NCBI GenBank assembly: GCA_037200925.1
Contig: JBBCGO010000001.1
Location: 246,366-310,365 of the forward strand
Source of the DNA: Candidatus Doudnabacteria bacterium
GTDB taxonomy: Bacteria > Patescibacteriota > Doudnabacteria > UBA920 > O2-02-FULL-48-8
Length of the DNA: 64,000 nucleotides
Direction of reading: 5' to 3'
The first letter of the stretch is position 1; every line of letters starts with the position of its first letter. Below the pieces are notes generated by a model. That model saw only the letters and a program-made list of their open reading frames with translations, ran no database searches and had not been told where the DNA came from. Position numbers and translations under genes: made by a program. Below, one piece after another: positions 47,216-56,651 of this stretch.

Positions 47216-49159
47216 CTACTTCTTATACCTGTTCGCCGCCCACCAGGCATATCCTGCTTTGGCCACAGGGCCAGCCACTGAATACCCTTCACCGCCGCCT
47301 TCGATCAGGACCGTGATCGCGATCTGCGGATTATCTGACGGAGCATAGGAAGTGAACCAGGCATGGTATTTGCTTAAATTTTTCGCATCGTATTGGGCAG
47401 TGCCGGTTTTGGCGGACACAGGGATCGGCAGACTGTTCAATGCCCGGCCTGAACCGTCTGTCACAGTCTGGCGCATTCCGTCCTGCACGATCTTTATAAC
47501 ATTCGGGTCAAAGATATTCTCAGCCAGAGCCTTAGGCGCGCCTTTGGCCAAAACCTCTCCGTCCTTGCCGTCGACCTCATCCAAAATATATGGCTGCATG
47601 ACCTTGCCGCCGTTGGCGATTGTGGAAGTCCAGCTGTTGATCTGCAGCGGCGTGGCCAGAACATCCCCTTGCCCGATCGATTCATGATATGTATCCCCGA
47701 GATACCAAGGGGATTTTTGGACGGCCTGTTTCCAGGCAGGATCAGGCACCAGCCCCGGCTTTTCCCCGGGCAGGTCTATGCCCAGAGTTTTACCCAAATT
47801 AAATTTATGAAACCAGGCCGCGATCTTATCAGGCCCAAGACCCTGGAATCCGGTTTTCAGATTACCGCCGCCCACGGTGTAAAAATAAATGTCGGAAGAT
47901 TTGGCTATCGCGGAATAAATATCCATCAGTCCCAAGCCCCCGTGCTCATAACCGTAAAAAGTAAAACTGCCCACGCGGATGACGCCGTCATCCAAAATTT
48001 TGGTCTTGGTGGTGATGACTCCCTCGGTCAGGCCGGCCGTGGCCATGACCGGTTTAATAGTGGAGCCCGGCGGATATTGGCCGGAGATGGCGCGATTGAG
48101 AAGCGGGTTATCGGAATTATTGGTGAGCTTTAAATAATCATCCTGGCTGATACCCTGAGCAAACAAATTGTTGTCAAAGGATGGCATCGAGATCAGCGCC
48201 AGTACCTGCCCGGTCTGAGGATCGGTAGCCACGACCGCGCCTTTTTTTACGTGCACCGAATTCATCTGCGATACCAAACTGTCATAAAGCACCTTCTGCA
48301 GGTCATAATCAATGTTCAGTTTGACATTATTCCCCGGTACGGCCGGCACTTCGGCCAGAGTGCGCTTAAAATTTCCCTGGGCATCGATCTCCGACTGCCT
48401 TTTTCCCGCCTCTCCCCGCAAGTATTGCTCGTACTGATACTCTAGGCCGGTTTTGCCGATGTAGTCGTTCAGCGCATAATCCGAATCCTGGTGCGCGGCA
48501 AGCTCGTCAGTCGTGATCTTTCCCGTATAGCCGACCAGGTGGGAGAACACCAGCGGGTCCTTATAATCGCGGATGGCATTGTTCTGGACAACAAAACCTT
48601 TCAAGTCATCCTGTTTGGAGATCAGCACCAGGGCCTGATCTTTCGTAATATCCTGAACCAGGGTCTGGGCCTGGAAAGAATCCTGCTTCATCCTGCTGAT
48701 ATTGTCCGAAAGCTCTGAGGGGTCTTTGCCGATTATCTGGGCAACCTCGGCCAGGCTGGACTGGTATACAGCCGTGTCTTTTGGAAGATCTGAGGTTACG
48801 GCTACGAGCTCAAAGTTCGGCACATTGCCGGCGATCAGCTTGCCATACTGGTCGAGCAGCAGGCCGCGAGGAGCCAATACGTATTGCACGCGAAGTTTGT
48901 TTCCTTCAGCCAGCGCTTTATATTCGGCTCCTTTTACGGCCTCCAGATAAAAGATCCGGCCGAACAGGGCGATCAGGCAAAAGATCGCCACTGTGCCCAA
49001 TACTCGATAATTCAATTCCTCGCGCTCATCGTCCAGCCCGTCTGCATCTTCGTTCTGCAGATCCATAAATGCCTCTTCAAAAGCGAGGTTTTTGCCGGAT
49101 TTGATCTTGCGGGTATTTAAGTTGTTGGTTTGAAACGGGTTGTCCATTTTTGCATCCAA
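47216..49159 (-). CDS. mrdA: Penicillin-binding protein 2
   Basis: APRG, YPPGSTIK (SxxK), SSD, KTGTAQ. Confidence 0.95.
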   Translation of the reverse strand: MDAKMDNPFQTNNLNTRKIKSGKNLAFEEAFMDLQNEDADGLDDEREELNYRVLGTVAIFCLIALFGRIFYLEAVKGAEYKALAEGNKLRVQYVLAPRGLLLDQYGKLIAGNVPNFELVAVTSDLPKDTAVYQSSLAEVAQIIGKDPSELSDNISRMKQDSFQAQTLVQDITKDQALVLISKQDDLKGFVVQNNAIRDYKDPLVFSHLVGYTGKITTDELAAHQDSDYALNDYIGKTGLEYQYEQYLRGEAGKRQSEIDAQGNFKRTLAEVPAVPGNNVKLNIDYDLQKVLYDSLVSQMNSVHVKKGAVVATDPQTGQVLALISMPSFDNNLFAQGISQDDYLKLTNNSDNPLLNRAISGQYPPGSTIKPVMATAGLTEGVITTKTKILDDGVIRVGSFTFYGYEHGGLGLMDIYSAIAKSSDIYFYTVGGGNLKTGFQGLGPDKIAAWFHKFNLGKTLGIDLPGEKPGLVPDPAWKQAVQKSPWYLGDTYHESIGQGDVLATPLQINSWTSTIANGGKVMQPYILDEVDGKDGEVLAKGAPKALAENIFDPNVIKIVQDGMRQTVTDGSGRALNSLPIPVSAKTGTAQYDAKNLSKYHAWFTSYAPSDNPQIAITVLIEGGGEGYSVAGPVAKAGYAWWAANRYKK

Positions 49160-49632
49160 AGATAATATTGAAAGATCGGATACGTAAAGATCAAATTGAA
49201 CAGCAGCATCAGCGGCAGCCCCACGCTCAGCATATAAGGAAGATCCAAAGCCGTGTCCAGACCGAACAGGCCGAAGATGCGGTTGAATATTAAGAATAGT
49301 GCAAAATAAGCCACGGTGCTCACAGCCACCGAGGTGAACAAAATGATCTGGGTGACTTCGCGCGCCAGCACGGAATTGACGATAAAGTACAGCAGCAAAA
49401 ATACGCCGAGCAGGCTCATGGTCACAAGCCCGTCGGGCGAGCCTGACACAAAATCCAAAAGCAATCCTCCGGTCAGGGTCAGGCCCAGTCCCAAATTAAA
49501 ATCCGCCAGCAGCACAGCTACGACTATCATGACCAGGACCAAATTGACCGGCGCCAAATGCAAAGGCACCAGCACTCCGGCCTGGATGATCAGCAGCAAG
49601 AATAATGACAGGAACCAAATGATGGGACGCAT
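49117..49632 (-). CDS. mreD: Rod shape-determining protein MreD
   Basis: Multi-TM protein with GLLLD, between mreC and mrdA. Confidence 0.75.
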   Translation of the reverse strand: MRPIIWFLSLFLLLIIQAGVLVPLHLAPVNLVLVMIVVAVLLADFNLGLGLTLTGGLLLDFVSGSPDGLVTMSLLGVFLLLYFIVNSVLAREVTQIILFTSVAVSTVAYFALFLIFNRIFGLFGLDTALDLPYMLSVGLPLMLLFNLIFTYPIFQYYLWMQKWTTRFKPTT

Positions 49633-49647
49633 ATCTTTTTAACCCTT

Positions 49648-49773
49648 AGCGAGGATGCGGCATAAAAAAGAATTTCGAGGCCGAAGCCGCAATTTCGCGG
49701 CGAGGCCGAGGACTTAGGCATAAATTTGCGACCAGCAAATTTATGCCGTCTTTTTTTGCTGCATCCGAGCGCC
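49648..49773. repeat. Three-way-junction structured element, copy 2
   Basis: Same ends and topology as 47092-47205. Confidence 0.7.
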
Positions 49774-50574
49774 TTATTGAACAACAAATAAAAATTGAAG
49801 GCTGCGCAAATCTGCGGCCGGAGATACGAATGCTTTTTGAAACAGGTCCGTGGATGAAGACCTGATGCCCGCCACATCCCCGATCAGCAAACCGCGGGGA
49901 AAATCATTTGATAAGCCGGAAGTAATGACCTCATCATCGGTTTTGATCAGTTCGTTCTGAGTCACCAGATCCAGGCTCAAACCCAGCCCGTGCTCGCCGT
50001 GCACCAGGCCGCGCGCTCCCGAATCCACAACTTCGGCATTGATGACCGTGGACGGGTCAGTGATCAGGGTCACTTGGCTGGAGTTCGGATAAAGTTTAGT
50101 GACTTTGCCCACCAAAAGTCCGGGTGCCACCACTACCGGCTGATCAAGGTTCACTCCCTCGCTGCTGCCTTTATCTATCACAAGCACCTGGGTAAATCCG
50201 GTGGGATCAGAATTTAGAACCTCAACAGGCAAAAGGTTGAGCTGGGAAGCCTGTTTAAAATTCAGAGCCTTGCGCAAGCCTACATTTTCTTCCTGGTCGG
50301 ATTTCAATCTGGCGTTTTCAAATGCCAGCTGATCTATCTGCGAAGAGAGCTTGGCGTTGTCTGAGGCCAGATTTTTGATCGTAAATATTGTGCTGAAAAT
50401 ACTCTTCACGCCGTTTGTGACCCCGGCAACCTTGGCCACACTGACGCCGTAAACCCGAAAAAAACCGTCTTTCAAAAGCCCGAGATAGCCTTTGGCGTCC
50501 AGAATGACCAAAAATGCCAGAAGGATAAAGATCGTAAAGATCTTGGTAAAAGTTTTGGAGTAGATAAAGCGCAT
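49774..50574 (-). CDS. mreC: Rod shape-determining protein MreC
   Basis: EN..LR..L, IDKGS..G, GLLVGKV, TSGL...FP.G..IG. Confidence 0.93.
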   Translation of the reverse strand: MRFIYSKTFTKIFTIFILLAFLVILDAKGYLGLLKDGFFRVYGVSVAKVAGVTNGVKSIFSTIFTIKNLASDNAKLSSQIDQLAFENARLKSDQEENVGLRKALNFKQASQLNLLPVEVLNSDPTGFTQVLVIDKGSSEGVNLDQPVVVAPGLLVGKVTKLYPNSSQVTLITDPSTVINAEVVDSGARGLVHGEHGLGLSLDLVTQNELIKTDDEVITSGLSNDFPRGLLIGDVAGIRSSSTDLFQKAFVSPAADLRSLQFLFVVQ

Positions 50575-50638
50575 AGGACGTGTAGTGTGTAGAGCGTAAC
50601 GTGCAGCGCTATACGTTACAAGTTACACGTTACACTTC

Positions 50639-51697
50639 TTACCTTGGTATTTGTTCAAACTCAGTCAGCACCAGGACTTCTTTCAGGCTAGGAAGGTCTT
50701 CCAGCACAATGCCGCAGCCGCGCACCACTGCCGTCAGCGGATCATCCGCGACCATGACCGGCATTTGTGTTTCTTCCGCGATCATCTGATCCAGGCCCCG
50801 CAGCAGTGCTCCGCCTCCGGCCAGAGTGATGCCGCGCTCCATTATATCCGCCACCAGTTCAGGAGGAGTTTCCTCGATCACGGATTTGATGTTATTCACG
50901 ATCATCCGCACGCTGCGGCCGAGCGCGTGCCTGATCTGCTCATCATTCACAGTCACCTCTTTCGGAAGGCCAGTGACCAAGTCCCGCCCTCGGATGTGGG
51001 TTTTCATATGGTCTTTCAAAAGCAACGCTGAGCCGATCTTGATCTTCACTTCCTCAGCAGTGCGCTCGCCGACAAGCAAATTGAATTCATCGCGGGCGAA
51101 CTGGATGATATTCTCGTTCATCTCGTCCCCCGCAACTCTTATGCTCCTGGATACCACGATGCCGCCCAGGGAGATCACGGCAATTTCCGCCGTCCCGCCG
51201 CCAATATCCACGATGAACGAACCTTGCGGGTCCTGGACCGGCATACGCGCCCCAATGGCAGCGGCCATCGGCTCCTCTATCAAAAATGCCATTCTGGCGC
51301 CGGCATTGAGAGTGGCGTCCTGCACCGCGCGCTTTTCCACTTCCGTCACTCCCGACGGAATGCCGATGACCACGCGCGGCCGGGATAAAAATCCCAATGC
51401 CGCCTGATTTACTTTATCAATAAAATACCTCAGCATCTGCTCAGTGACCTCAAAGTCTGATATCACGCCATCCACGAGCGGCCGGTGCGCCACGATGTGC
51501 GAAGGGGTTCGGCCCACCATGCGCTTGGCCTCATCGCCGATGGCCAGGATCTGTTTGGTTTTCTGATTGATGGCCACCACGGAAGGCTCATTAATAACAA
51601 TACCCTTGCCTTTGACATATACAAGGGTATTGGCTGTGCCAAGATCAATTCCAATGTCTCTTGAAAATTTGTCGAACACGAAATCTAAGATAGCCAT
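50639..51697 (-). CDS. mreB: Rod shape-determining protein MreB
   Basis: GIDLGTANT, EEPMAAAIGA, DIGGGT, GGGALL; heads the mreBCD-mrdA operon. Confidence 0.96.
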   Translation of the reverse strand: MAILDFVFDKFSRDIGIDLGTANTLVYVKGKGIVINEPSVVAINQKTKQILAIGDEAKRMVGRTPSHIVAHRPLVDGVISDFEVTEQMLRYFIDKVNQAALGFLSRPRVVIGIPSGVTEVEKRAVQDATLNAGARMAFLIEEPMAAAIGARMPVQDPQGSFIVDIGGGTAEIAVISLGGIVVSRSIRVAGDEMNENIIQFARDEFNLLVGERTAEEVKIKIGSALLLKDHMKTHIRGRDLVTGLPKEVTVNDEQIRHALGRSVRMIVNNIKSVIEETPPELVADIMERGITLAGGGALLRGLDQMIAEETQMPVMVADDPLTAVVRGCGIVLEDLPSLKEVLVLTEFEQIPR

Positions 51698-51799
51698 ACG
51701 GGAAGTTTACTGATTGGAACGATTTTATTTAGTTTTTTGTTGTTGTGTTTTCTAAATTGTAATGATTTTTTTACGAATTGTAAATAATTTTTGGCTAAA

Positions 51800-53257
51800 T
51801 TAATAACTCTGGGCAAACAGCCAATGCCGGTGTGCCTTTTTCCCGCAGGCAAAGCATTTCAAATCTTCTTTTTCGTTCATCCGGTCAAGCTCCAGAACTC
51901 TTGGCGTTGCTTTGGTATCGGCTTTTATCCTTTTTTCGCAATCCGTATCCTCGCACCAAGGAACCCGGATAAAAGCTTTCTTCTCTTCCAGCATTCTTTT
52001 GAACTCATGGATCTCATTGGCCTCAAAAGTCAGGGCTTTTTTGTTTGCATCCGACTTGGCAAACATATCATTCTGGATCTTCTCAAGCAATTCCGCCACT
52101 GATCTTTCAATTCCGTCCAATTTAACCTGGCCTTTTTCAAAGTTATCCCTTCTAACGAACTGGACCGCGTTTTGTTCCAATTCCTTAGCCCCGATCTCCA
52201 ATCTTAACGGAATCCCCTTTAATTCGGATTCATTTATTCTAAAGCCCAATGATGCTTTGGCATCATCATCAATTTTGACCTTGATCCCTTTTTTCACAAG
52301 CTGTTCTTTTATTTTTGCGGCTGTCTCGGCAATTTTTTCCTGCATTCCTGCGTCTTTATTGTTGATAGGCAAAATCACAACCTGAATTGGCGTCACTTTT
52401 GGCGGCAAGACCAGACCTGAATCATCGCCGTGCGACAGGATCAAACCTCCTATCGCGCGGGTGGAAAAACCCCAAGAGGTTTGGTGCACGAACTGCTTTT
52501 CGCCTTTATCGTCCAAATATTGCACGTTGAATGCTTTACCGAAATTTTCACCCAAATAATGTGACGTAGCGGCTTGCAAAGCCTTGCCATCCGGCATAAC
52601 AAGCTCTATGGCATAAGTTTCAACAGCGCCGGCAAAAGTCTCGCCGCGGCTTTTAAGCCCGACGTAAACCGAGATGCCGTAATATTCTTCATAAAACTTC
52701 CTGTACCATTCCAAAGCCTTCAAGGTCATGACCATGGCGTCTTCCCGGTCAGTGTGCGCGGTGTGGCCTTCCTGCCACAAAAACTCCGAAGTCCGCATGA
52801 ACGGATAGGTGCGTTTTTCCCACCGTACGACATTGCACCATTGATTGAGCTTCATGGGCAGATCGCGGTGGCTCTGGATCCACTCCGCAAATTTCTGGGT
52901 GATCACGGTTTCCGAAGTCGGGCGCACGGCCAAAGGCTCTGCCAGTTTTTCACCGCCGGCTATCGTCACCACAGCCAGCTCCGGCGAGAAACCCTCCACA
53001 TGCTGTTTTTCTTTCTCAAACAGGCTCATCGGAATAAAGATCGGGAAGTAAACGTTTTGCACGCCGTCAGCTTTGAACCAGGCATCCAGAACTGCCACTG
53101 AATTTTCCCAGACCGCATAGCCGTGCGGCCTGATGATCATGCAGCCTTTCACATCCGAGTATTCGGCCAGTTCCGCGCGCAGAATCACATCATGGTACCA
53201 TTCCGAAATATTTTCTGATTTTTTCGTCAGCCCTTTTTTCTCAAAAGCTTTTATCAT
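51800..53257 (-). CDS. proS: Proline--tRNA ligase (archaeal/eukaryote-type)
   Basis: VRPTSET, NQWCNVVRWE, RTSEFLWQEGHT, TSWG, C-terminal Y. Confidence 0.96.
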   Translation of the reverse strand: MIKAFEKKGLTKKSENISEWYHDVILRAELAEYSDVKGCMIIRPHGYAVWENSVAVLDAWFKADGVQNVYFPIFIPMSLFEKEKQHVEGFSPELAVVTIAGGEKLAEPLAVRPTSETVITQKFAEWIQSHRDLPMKLNQWCNVVRWEKRTYPFMRTSEFLWQEGHTAHTDREDAMVMTLKALEWYRKFYEEYYGISVYVGLKSRGETFAGAVETYAIELVMPDGKALQAATSHYLGENFGKAFNVQYLDDKGEKQFVHQTSWGFSTRAIGGLILSHGDDSGLVLPPKVTPIQVVILPINNKDAGMQEKIAETAAKIKEQLVKKGIKVKIDDDAKASLGFRINESELKGIPLRLEIGAKELEQNAVQFVRRDNFEKGQVKLDGIERSVAELLEKIQNDMFAKSDANKKALTFEANEIHEFKRMLEEKKAFIRVPWCEDTDCEKRIKADTKATPRVLELDRMNEKEDLKCFACGKKAHRHWLFAQSY

Positions 53258-53286
53258 AGGCCAATTATAGCATTTTTATCATTCTC

Positions 53287-53315
53287 TTGACAAAACAGGC
53301 CAAAAGGCGTATAAT
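53287..53315 (+). promoter_or_regulatory. Consensus sigma70 promoter
   Basis: TTGACA-17 bp-TATAAT. Confidence 0.8.
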
Positions 53316-53393
53316 TGCTTGTTGTGTCACATTCTGACACGAGCACTTTTTTCTTCAAACAACAAAAACGTACGATTTTCAAGAGGAGGATCG

Positions 53394-53885
53394 ATGACAC
53401 GAAAAGGCGTCGTCGCGCAGGCCTTTGGAGTGCCTGACAGCATTCGTTCCAACGAGCGGATTGCTTGGATGGCAGGAAGGAAAGCACTGCAACTAGAGGC
53501 GCCGGTGTACACTCAACGTGATGTGCGAATCGACGACGGTATCGAAGTCGAATACACTCCGGAAGAACCCGGCAACCCCCCGCCTACTCTCCGGATCGTC
53601 AGAGGCGCTGTTGCCTGGGCGATCCGCCTCGGCATCGGCGAACTCTGGCTGGCTTGCGCCAAGCCACACCTCTGGCGCTGCAAGCGGGACCTGGAGTATG
53701 CCATCCGGGAGGCCGGCGTACGGATTACCGTCCGAGTGTGTGAGTATGTCGAGCGCTATCCCGAACACGAATGGTACTGTGCTGATTCAACTCAGCCGCG
53801 GGTTCGCTCCGAGAAAGAATGGAGAAGGAGAGAACGCATCATAGAGTGGATGCCGATGTTCATTTACAAGCGCGTTGCAAGCTGA
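53394..53885 (+). CDS. Hypothetical protein (possibly distant DUF218/YdcF-like)
   Basis: SD GAGGAGG; AFG..SN, PHLWR. Confidence 0.65.
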   Translation: MTRKGVVAQAFGVPDSIRSNERIAWMAGRKALQLEAPVYTQRDVRIDDGIEVEYTPEEPGNPPPTLRIVRGAVAWAIRLGIGELWLACAKPHLWRCKRDLEYAIREAGVRITVRVCEYVERYPEHEWYCADSTQPRVRSEKEWRRRERIIEWMPMFIYKRVAS

Positions 53886-54177
53886 CAACCGCGAGGAATT
53901 GAAGAGGTTACAAATGAGCACACTCGGAGAAGTTCTTGATCTCGGCGGAATAATCAAACAGTCGCTCGACCTGTTCGACGGCAATCAAGCATTCAGAGAA
54001 GAGTTCGAGAAACGCTACACTCAGATCGGCGCCGCGATCGCTCAGGAGCAAAAGATCCCCCCTATGCTCGCGATCAACCTCGATGAAGAGATAGTGCTCG
54101 GAGCCGATTCCCAGCGTCTGTTCGACGATCTCAAAGCTTGGCTCAAGTCTAATGGCCTGAGCAGGGACCCACAGTAA
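53875..54177 (+). CDS. Hypothetical protein
   Basis: Overlaps the preceding gene; start uncertain. Confidence 0.5.
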   Translation: MQADNREELKRLQMSTLGEVLDLGGIIKQSLDLFDGNQAFREEFEKRYTQIGAAIAQEQKIPPMLAINLDEEIVLGADSQRLFDDLKAWLKSNGLSRDPQ

Positions 54178-54203
54178 GGCTCGGCCATCGAAATATTCTC
54201 GAC

Positions 54204-54251
54204 AACGCGAGGAGTGGAAGACTCAAAATCTTCCCTCCGCGCGTTTTTTTT
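54204..54251 (+). terminator. Long hairpin terminator, family copy 1
   Basis: ACGCG..GGAAGACTCAA.ATCTTC..CGCGT plus T-run. Confidence 0.7.
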
Positions 54252-54312
54252 ATTGACAAACTATCATAAATCCCTTATTCTTGGACGAAGTATTTGCAGG
54301 AGGACGATACCG

Positions 54313-54606
54313 ATGAACAAACAGATATACTTATTCACCAGCGGCCCGACATGGAAGACCATCTGCGACGCTCTGAAGACCGGTCGGGCAATAACTTTTC
54401 GCTACAAGGAAGTGCAAGGATCTGCAAAGACCGGTAAGTTTCTCGTTTTTTCCGTGTCGACCATGAACGGCTGGCACCTTGAAAAGAAACGGAAAATGTT
54501 CCTGATCGTGGCTGTTGAATTGCTGGGAGCCCAACTAAAGCATTGCCTTGAATGGAACCCGAAAACCCGGCGAGGTACCAGCAGGTATCCGGAACCGGAT
54601 TGGTAA
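54313..54606 (+). CDS. Hypothetical protein
   Basis: TTGACA-17-TATTCT at 54253; SD AGGAGG. Confidence 0.6.
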   Translation: MNKQIYLFTSGPTWKTICDALKTGRAITFRYKEVQGSAKTGKFLVFSVSTMNGWHLEKKRKMFLIVAVELLGAQLKHCLEWNPKTRRGTSRYPEPDW

Positions 54607-54617
54607 AGGAGGAAGTC

Positions 54618-54830
54618 ATGACCCGAAAAGAGCTCAAAGCGATCATCGCAGGAATAGTGGAAGCTCATAAGCTTGATCCTGTAGACCGGCCGGAAGTGCT
54701 GATTCAAGCGCTTACGGACGCTATCGCAAAAAAGCTGGGCGAAGAAGCCAAGGCCAGGCGCGCTGAAGCAAGCAAGGCTGTTGAGGCTTTGGCTGCGGAC
54801 ATTCTGGAAAAATCACAGAAGAGTGATTAA
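54618..54830 (+). CDS. Small helical hypothetical protein
   Basis: SD AAGGAGG; resembles 46347-46574. Confidence 0.6.
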   Translation: MTRKELKAIIAGIVEAHKLDPVDRPEVLIQALTDAIAKKLGEEAKARRAEASKAVEALAADILEKSQKSD

Positions 54831-54835
54831 CATAC

Positions 54836-54882
54836 ACGCGAGAGGCGGAAGACTCAACATCTTCGTCCCCGCGTTTTTTTTT
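54836..54882 (+). terminator. Long hairpin terminator, family copy 2
   Basis: Same core as 54204-54251. Confidence 0.7.
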
Positions 54883-54966
54883 AAAAAAGTAACTCCCCCG
54901 CTAACTCTTAGGCTAACTCACCTCCTCTTATTTTAAGAGGGGTGGCACGAAGTGCCGGGGGCGTTA

Positions 54967-56088
54967 TTAAAATATCCTATGGAACAAATTTTTGAATTGC
55001 GTGCTGTAATGTCCCACGTCATGCACTGTCACAACGACCATAAGCAATAGCAGGAGCATAAATCCGATGGTGTTCGCCCAGATCTCAGCCCGGATCGGCA
55101 TTTTCTTGCCGCGGATCTTTTCTATGATCAAAAACAATACCCGCCCGCCGTCGAGCGCCGGGAACGGCACGGCATTAATGATCGCCAGATTTACCGAGAG
55201 CACGGCCGTAAATTGCAAAAGATAAATAAACCCAAGTGCAGTGACATCCTTGGTCAGCACGGCGATCCCCACCGGACCCGAAAGCTGCGCACCCACGTTA
55301 TGGCCTTGAAAGAATTGCCCGATCAGAGATGCGAAAGTAGTAACTGTCAGGATGATCAGATTAATTACCGCTATGCCTCCTCTATAGGGAGCCTGATACC
55401 ACGGATACGAAACATAAGCAACGCTGCCCAGAGCCACTCCCAAAGATCCTTCTCCTGAGGGGGGATTTACTCTGGGAGTTATAGTTTTATCAAAAATTTC
55501 CGAGCCGCGTTTTATGGTAAAAATCGTCGGTTTGCCGGCATCGGCAAGCGTTGCGGTTTGCGTGTCCTGAATTGAACCCACCGGCTGACCGTTGATCTTA
55601 GTGATAGAATCACCCGGCTTAAGACCTGCATCTGCTGCCGGCGTCTTCGCCTCAACTTCCAGGATCCCGATCGTCTGATTTTTTATATGCGCTGACGCCG
55701 GCAGTTGGTCGCCTTCGTCCAAGACCGTAGGCAGGCCGAGACCCATGCCGATAGAGATCAGAACCCAGGCCAATATCACGTTCATCGTAACCCCGGCCAG
55801 CAATACAAAAAATCTCTGCCAAAATGATTTATTGCCGAAGCTTTCGGGGTCCGGCGAATCCGAGCCGTCTTCGCCGACGATCTTTACAAATCCCCCCAAA
55901 GGGATCCAGTTTATAGAGTAGAGTGTTTCGCCTTTTTGGATACCAAATATCCGCGGCGGGAACCCGAAGCCGAATTCCTCCACCCGCATGCCGGCGCGCT
56001 TGGCCATGATAAAATGCCCCAGTTCGTGTACGAATACGAGTATTCCGAGGATTATTATAAAAACAACAATTGCAAGCAAGATCATCAT
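54967..56088 (-). CDS. rseP: RIP metalloprotease RseP (M50) with PDZ domain
   Basis: HELGH, PLGGFV, AGVTMN, N..P.PALDGG. Confidence 0.94.
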   Translation of the reverse strand: MMILLAIVVFIIILGILVFVHELGHFIMAKRAGMRVEEFGFGFPPRIFGIQKGETLYSINWIPLGGFVKIVGEDGSDSPDPESFGNKSFWQRFFVLLAGVTMNVILAWVLISIGMGLGLPTVLDEGDQLPASAHIKNQTIGILEVEAKTPAADAGLKPGDSITKINGQPVGSIQDTQTATLADAGKPTIFTIKRGSEIFDKTITPRVNPPSGEGSLGVALGSVAYVSYPWYQAPYRGGIAVINLIILTVTTFASLIGQFFQGHNVGAQLSGPVGIAVLTKDVTALGFIYLLQFTAVLSVNLAIINAVPFPALDGGRVLFLIIEKIRGKKMPIRAEIWANTIGFMLLLLLMVVVTVHDVGHYSTQFKNLFHRIF

Positions 56089-56642
56089 ATCGTCAAAACT
56101 TCCTTCTCTTTCACATCCGCCAATTTTTTTATCTCTTCGTTATATTTATCCACGACCTCCTGCAGCTCTTCTTTGGCGGCAATTTTATCGTCTTCCGAGA
56201 TCTTGCCGTCTTTTTCCATTTTCTGGATCTCCTTCCAGGCGTCTTCGCGGATGTTGCGCACCGAGACCCGCGCCTTCTCGCTCATTTGTCCCACGACCTT
56301 GACCAGATCTTTTCTGCGCTCTTCTGTCATCTGGGGGATAGTGAGCCGAATATATGTGCCGTCATTGACGGGATTGATCCCAAGATTGGAAACCTGGACC
56401 GCCTTCTCCACATCCTTGAGCGCGTTTTTGTCATACGGCTGGATGGCAATGCTCCTAGGCTCAGGCACCGTGATCTGAGCCATGTGCATCAGCGGTGTGG
56501 GCGTGCCGTAGAATTCCACGATTAAATTTTCCACCAATGCCGCGGAAGCTCTGCCTGTGCGAAGTGAAGCTAGCTCATGCTTCATATGCTCGACGATATT
56601 TGCAAATTCACCGGTTTTTTTATCTAGAATATCCAGATTCAT
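56085..56642 (-). CDS. frr: Ribosome recycling factor
   Basis: LRTGRA, MTEERRK, VRNIR. Confidence 0.96.
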   Translation of the reverse strand: MNLDILDKKTGEFANIVEHMKHELASLRTGRASAALVENLIVEFYGTPTPLMHMAQITVPEPRSIAIQPYDKNALKDVEKAVQVSNLGINPVNDGTYIRLTIPQMTEERRKDLVKVVGQMSEKARVSVRNIREDAWKEIQKMEKDGKISEDDKIAAKEELQEVVDKYNEEIKKLADVKEKEVLTI

Positions 56643-56651
56643 AATATTCCG

